Positions 49,371-52,751 of a DNA stretch of 52,751 nucleotides are shown here, in pieces. Each line of letters starts with the position of its first letter. Position 1 is the stretch's first letter. A program made the position numbers and the translations under genes. The notes under the pieces were generated by a model. That model had not been told where the DNA came from. It did no database searches and worked only from the letters and a program-made list of their open reading frames with translations. This stretch comes from Candidatus Eiseniibacteriota bacterium (GTDB lineage Bacteria > Eisenbacteria > RBG-16-71-46): NCBI GenBank assembly GCA_041483195.1, contig JBGPFC010000029.1:1-52751 (forward strand). The letters are read 5' to 3'.

Positions 49371-50543
49371 GTGCGCATCGCCTGGTTCGATTGTTTCTCC
49401 GGCATCAGCGGCGACATGTGCCTGGGGGCGCTCCAGTCCGCGGGCTGGCCGGCCCCGGCGCTCGAGTCGCTGCCGGGCCGGCTCAAGCTCGAAGGGGTAA
49501 CGATCGTGATCGCCCCCGCCCGTCGCGGGCCGTTCGCCGCAACCCAGGTGGAGGTGCGGGTCGCGGGGGCCCAGCCTCACCGGCATCTGCGCCACGTGCT
49601 CGAGCTGATCGAGGCGGGTGATGTCGCCGAGGCGGTGCGCGCACGCGCGGCGGCCGTCTTCCGCCGGCTCGCCGCAGCCGAGGCCGAGGTGCACGGCTCG
49701 ACGCCGGAGAAGGTGCACTTCCACGAAGTGGGCGCCGCCGACGCGCTCGTGGACGTGGTGGGCACCCTCGAAGGCATCGCTGCGCTCGGGATCGAGCGCG
49801 TGTTCTCGTCGCCCCCGCGTCTCGGGGGCGGCACGGTGCAGAGCGAGCACGGCGTGATCCCGGTTCCGGCGCCCGCCACCGCGCTGTTGTTGCGCGGCGC
49901 GCCAGCGATGCTGGGCCCGATCGACGTCGAGCTCACCACCCCGACCGGCGCGGCGCTGCTCATGACGCTGGTCGAGGACTGGGGCGCGCCGCCCGCGCTG
50001 CGAATCGATCGCATCGGGACCGGTGCCGGCTCGCGCGACCTCGCGGAGCAGCCCAACGTGCTGCGCATCCTGATCGGCGAAGCCGATGGCGCGCCGCGCA
50101 GGCTGCGCCGCGTTGCGGTGCTCGAGACCGCGCTCGACGACGAGAATCCCCAATACGTGGCGGCGCTGATCCCGCGGCTGCTCGAGGCCGGCGCGCTGGA
50201 CGCGATGGTGGTGCCGTGCCTGATGAAGAAGGGCCGGCCCGGGATGTGGCTGGTGGTGGTCGCCGATCCCGCGCACTCGGATGCGATCGCGTCCATCGTG
50301 CTGCGCGAGACCTCTTCGCTCGGGGTGCGCTTCCGGCTCGACGAGCGCTACGAGCTCGACCGCCGCGTGGAGCGGGTCGAGACCGCGTTCGGGCCGATCG
50401 AGCTCAAGATCGCCGCGTTGCCAGAGGGAGGCGAGCGCGCCGTTCCCGAGTTCGAATCGTTGCGGCGGGCGGCGGAGCGGAGCGGCCGGCCGTTGCGCGA
50501 GGTCGCCGATGCCGCGCTCGCCGCGTGGCGGAGCCGGGCCTAG
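49371..50543 (+). CDS. larC: Nickel pincer cofactor biosynthesis protein LarC
   Basis: DCFSGISGDM, AEAEVHG, VHFHEVGA, PVPAPAT, ELTTPTGAA, MKKGRPG. Confidence 0.94.
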   Translation: MRIAWFDCFSGISGDMCLGALQSAGWPAPALESLPGRLKLEGVTIVIAPARRGPFAATQVEVRVAGAQPHRHLRHVLELIEAGDVAEAVRARAAAVFRRLAAAEAEVHGSTPEKVHFHEVGAADALVDVVGTLEGIAALGIERVFSSPPRLGGGTVQSEHGVIPVPAPATALLLRGAPAMLGPIDVELTTPTGAALLMTLVEDWGAPPALRIDRIGTGAGSRDLAEQPNVLRILIGEADGAPRRLRRVAVLETALDDENPQYVAALIPRLLEAGALDAMVVPCLMKKGRPGMWLVVVADPAHSDAIASIVLRETSSLGVRFRLDERYELDRRVERVETAFGPIELKIAALPEGGERAVPEFESLRRAAERSGRPLREVADAALAAWRSRA

Positions 50544-50552
50544 GGAAACGCG

Positions 50553-51911
50553 ATGAGCGTCCTGGTCGCCCGCGATCTCGCGGCGGCGCCGTCCGGCGCG
50601 CGCGAGATCGCGGTGCGCGACGTCTCGCTCGAGGTCGCGGGCGGCGAGTGGGTCGCGATCACCGGAGCCAACGGTTGCGGCAAGAGCACGCTCGCGCTCG
50701 CGCTCGCGGGTCTGGTCCCGCTGAGCGCGGGCGTCGTGACGCTCGACGGCGGGCCGGTGGCGCGCGCGCGCTCGGGCGGCGCGATCGCGCTCGTGATGCA
50801 GGAGCCGAGCAGCCAGCTGCTTCAGTCCACGGTGCGCGAGGAGCTGGTCTTCACCGCGCGAAACCTGGGACGGCCCGAACCGGAGATCGCCGCCGGCCTC
50901 GAGCGATTCGTCGCGGCCTTCGATCTCGCGGAGGACCTGGGCCGCGAGCCCCATGCGCTCTCGGCGGGCCGGCAGCAGCTGGTGCTGCTCGCGGCGGCGC
51001 TGATCTCCAGGCCACGCGTGCTGATCGCGGACGAGGCCGGCGCCCATCTGGATCCGGCGGCACGCGGGCGAGCGCTCGACGTGCTCGCTCGCGAGTCGGC
51101 CGCCGGCCTCTCGATCGTGTGGATCACCCAGGAGGAGGACGAGCGCTCATGCGCGAGTCGAACCGTCACCCTGGGCGCGGGAGCGGGGGCGGAGGAGAGC
51201 GGCACCCCCGCGCAGCTCGCGCTCGAGGCGTCTCTCGAATGGCTCGAAGACGATGCGGCCTCGATCGTGATCGAGGTGGCGCCGCCGGCGCCCGCGACCG
51301 GTCCGCGCGTCGAGCTCTCCGAAGCGATCCGCATCGGGATCGGCGTGCGCGGCATCACCGCCCTGGTCGGAAGGAACGCGGTGGGAAAGAGCGTGCTGCT
51401 CGAGGCAGCCTGCGGCCTGCTGGAATCCCCACAGATCCGCGTGACCCGGCCCCTCGGGACCGGCCGCCCGCCCATCCTCGCCTCCCAGTTTCCCGAACTC
51501 CAGATCTTCGAAGAGCGCGTTGACGACGAGCTCTGCTTCGGGGCCGTGAGCCGGGGACTCCCGAGGGAGCAGGCCAGGGCGTGCGCGCTCGAGCACCTCG
51601 CGATGCTGGGGTTCGATTCCTCCTTCTTATCGCGGCGCTGCTGGAGTCTCTCTTCGGGCGAGCGACGCCTGACCCAAGTCGTTGCGGCACTGATCGCTCC
51701 CGCCTCGCTCGTGGTCCTCGACGAGCCCACGGCCGGCCTCGACGGTGCCCGCAAGAGGATCCTCGCCATGCTGACCCGGCGGCGGGCGGCGGCGGACCCG
51801 GTGCTGATCGCGACCCAGGACACGACCTGGCTGAGCGGCCTCGGCGCTCGGGTAGTGGCACTCTCCCGGCCCTGCGCGGGGACGCCAAGTCGCAGCAAAA
51901 AAACGGATTGA
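50553..51911 (+). CDS. Tandem-domain ABC ATPase, ECF A-A'-like
   Basis: Walker A GANGCGKS and GRNAVGKS; QEPSSQL and QFPELQI Q-loops; LSAG and LSSGE signatures; LIADE and VLDEP. Confidence 0.8.
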   Translation: MSVLVARDLAAAPSGAREIAVRDVSLEVAGGEWVAITGANGCGKSTLALALAGLVPLSAGVVTLDGGPVARARSGGAIALVMQEPSSQLLQSTVREELVFTARNLGRPEPEIAAGLERFVAAFDLAEDLGREPHALSAGRQQLVLLAAALISRPRVLIADEAGAHLDPAARGRALDVLARESAAGLSIVWITQEEDERSCASRTVTLGAGAGAEESGTPAQLALEASLEWLEDDAASIVIEVAPPAPATGPRVELSEAIRIGIGVRGITALVGRNAVGKSVLLEAACGLLESPQIRVTRPLGTGRPPILASQFPELQIFEERVDDELCFGAVSRGLPREQARACALEHLAMLGFDSSFLSRRCWSLSSGERRLTQVVAALIAPASLVVLDEPTAGLDGARKRILAMLTRRRAAADPVLIATQDTTWLSGLGARVVALSRPCAGTPSRSKKTD

Positions 51912-51937
51912 CAGAACCCTGTCGTGGGGTCTAGCCT
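51896..51937 (+). promoter_or_regulatory. Strong sigma70-type promoter TTGACA-N18-TAGCCT with A-tract
   Basis: CAAAAAAACGGA-TTGACA at 51908 and TAGCCT at 51932; same boxes as the HU promoter. Confidence 0.7.
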
Positions 51938-52287
51938 TTGTCTCGTGCTGGGGTTTCAGGCAATTCTTTTTTACCCCTGTTAGTGCAATTCAAGTTCCGC
52001 GGTTGTCGCACGTTCTCGGCTGGCAGCGGCTGCGATCGTTCGGCGACTCGTCATCCGAGTTCGTGAGCACTTAATAGTGTCGGGCGCGGCCTGAACTGCC
52101 TAAGGACCATGCTCGGCAGCGGAAAGGGGGGATGGGCACCCGCTAGTGCAGCTATCAGCCGCCGGACGTCGCAGGCCAAGTCGCTTGCAGATTCCGTCGG
52201 CCGATTCGTTTCTGGCGACACCTCGCTCGCAATCCGTATCTGGAAGACTTCGCATTGCCCATGCATTGCGACGATGGAGGTAGTCAC

Positions 52288-52751
52288 ATGAGAAAGTTGT
52301 TCGTCGCGCTGCTTCTCGTAGTGGGAACAGCGGCCTTGGCGAACCTGGCGTTGGCTGCGGTCTCCGATGAGTTTGGAAACGGGGACTTCAGTGGGAAGGT
52401 GATGAACGCCCAGATGGCCAAGGAGCTGCATTCGCGCGCTGCGCGTCTCGGCTCGTCAAATACCGCAAACGGAAATGACACCACGTACGTTGGGTACAAC
52501 CCGGCGTACGCGGCAAGCAACTACTGGTCGGTCGGTGTCGGTGAGCGCCATCCTCTCGGCACTCTGGCCCCTCCGGCGGACGCCGCCCGCGGCTACTGGG
52601 ACTGGGAGAATCCGGTTCACGGTGACTCGCTGCAGGGCTGGTGGCCGGTGCGTCATCAGTACACCGGAACCGGCGGCCTCACGCTGCCGGACGATCAGCG
52701 TCCCTGGTGGGCGATCGACATCGGGAACCAGATCAGCTACGTGATCAATCA
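52288..52751 (+). CDS. Secreted protein, N-terminal part (3'-truncated; absent from the supplied ORF track)
   Basis: GGAGG RBS; manual translation MRKLFVALLLVVGTAALANLALA-AVSDEFG...WDWENPVHGDSLQGWWP...; frame open to the window end. Confidence 0.85.
   Translation, partial: MRKLFVALLLVVGTAALANLALAAVSDEFGNGDFSGKVMNAQMAKELHSRAARLGSSNTANGNDTTYVGYNPAYAASNYWSVGVGERHPLGTLAPPADAARGYWDWENPVHGDSLQGWWPVRHQYTGTGGLTLPDDQRPWWAIDIGNQISYVIN

Overview
A high-GC bacterial chromosomal segment of mostly housekeeping genes: end of the atp operon, glnS, msrA, a Fpg/Nei glycosylase, a cyclophilin, cutA-tsaD, priA, a divergent ilvC, HU, ltaE, rsmI, a CDP-alcohol phosphatidyltransferase next to ino1, tmk, an S41 protease, dusB and larB-larC. 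Secreted proteins and several accessory modules are interspersed. A FlgD-type C-terminal domain and the general style suggest a Candidatus Eisenbacteria-like lineage (inference, not searched). I found no rRNA, tRNA, CRISPR array or mobile element. Best candidates for new biology: (1) a four-gene c-di-GMP/phosphorelay operon behind a sigma54-type promoter, with two paralogous GAF-HisKA-HATPase-GAF-HD-GYP fusions whose HD-GYP domains look partly degenerate; (2) a signal-peptide, His-rich leader ORF with an RGPP arrest-like motif, coupled to two ComEA-like genes whose Shine-Dalgarno sites can fold into hairpins; (3) a methyltransferase with a C-terminal PqqD/RRE-like domain; (4) an orphan IlvC with altered catalytic residues; (5) a ~340-nt leader in front of a large secreted protein at the window end. 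All family calls come from motif recognition by eye; no searches were run.
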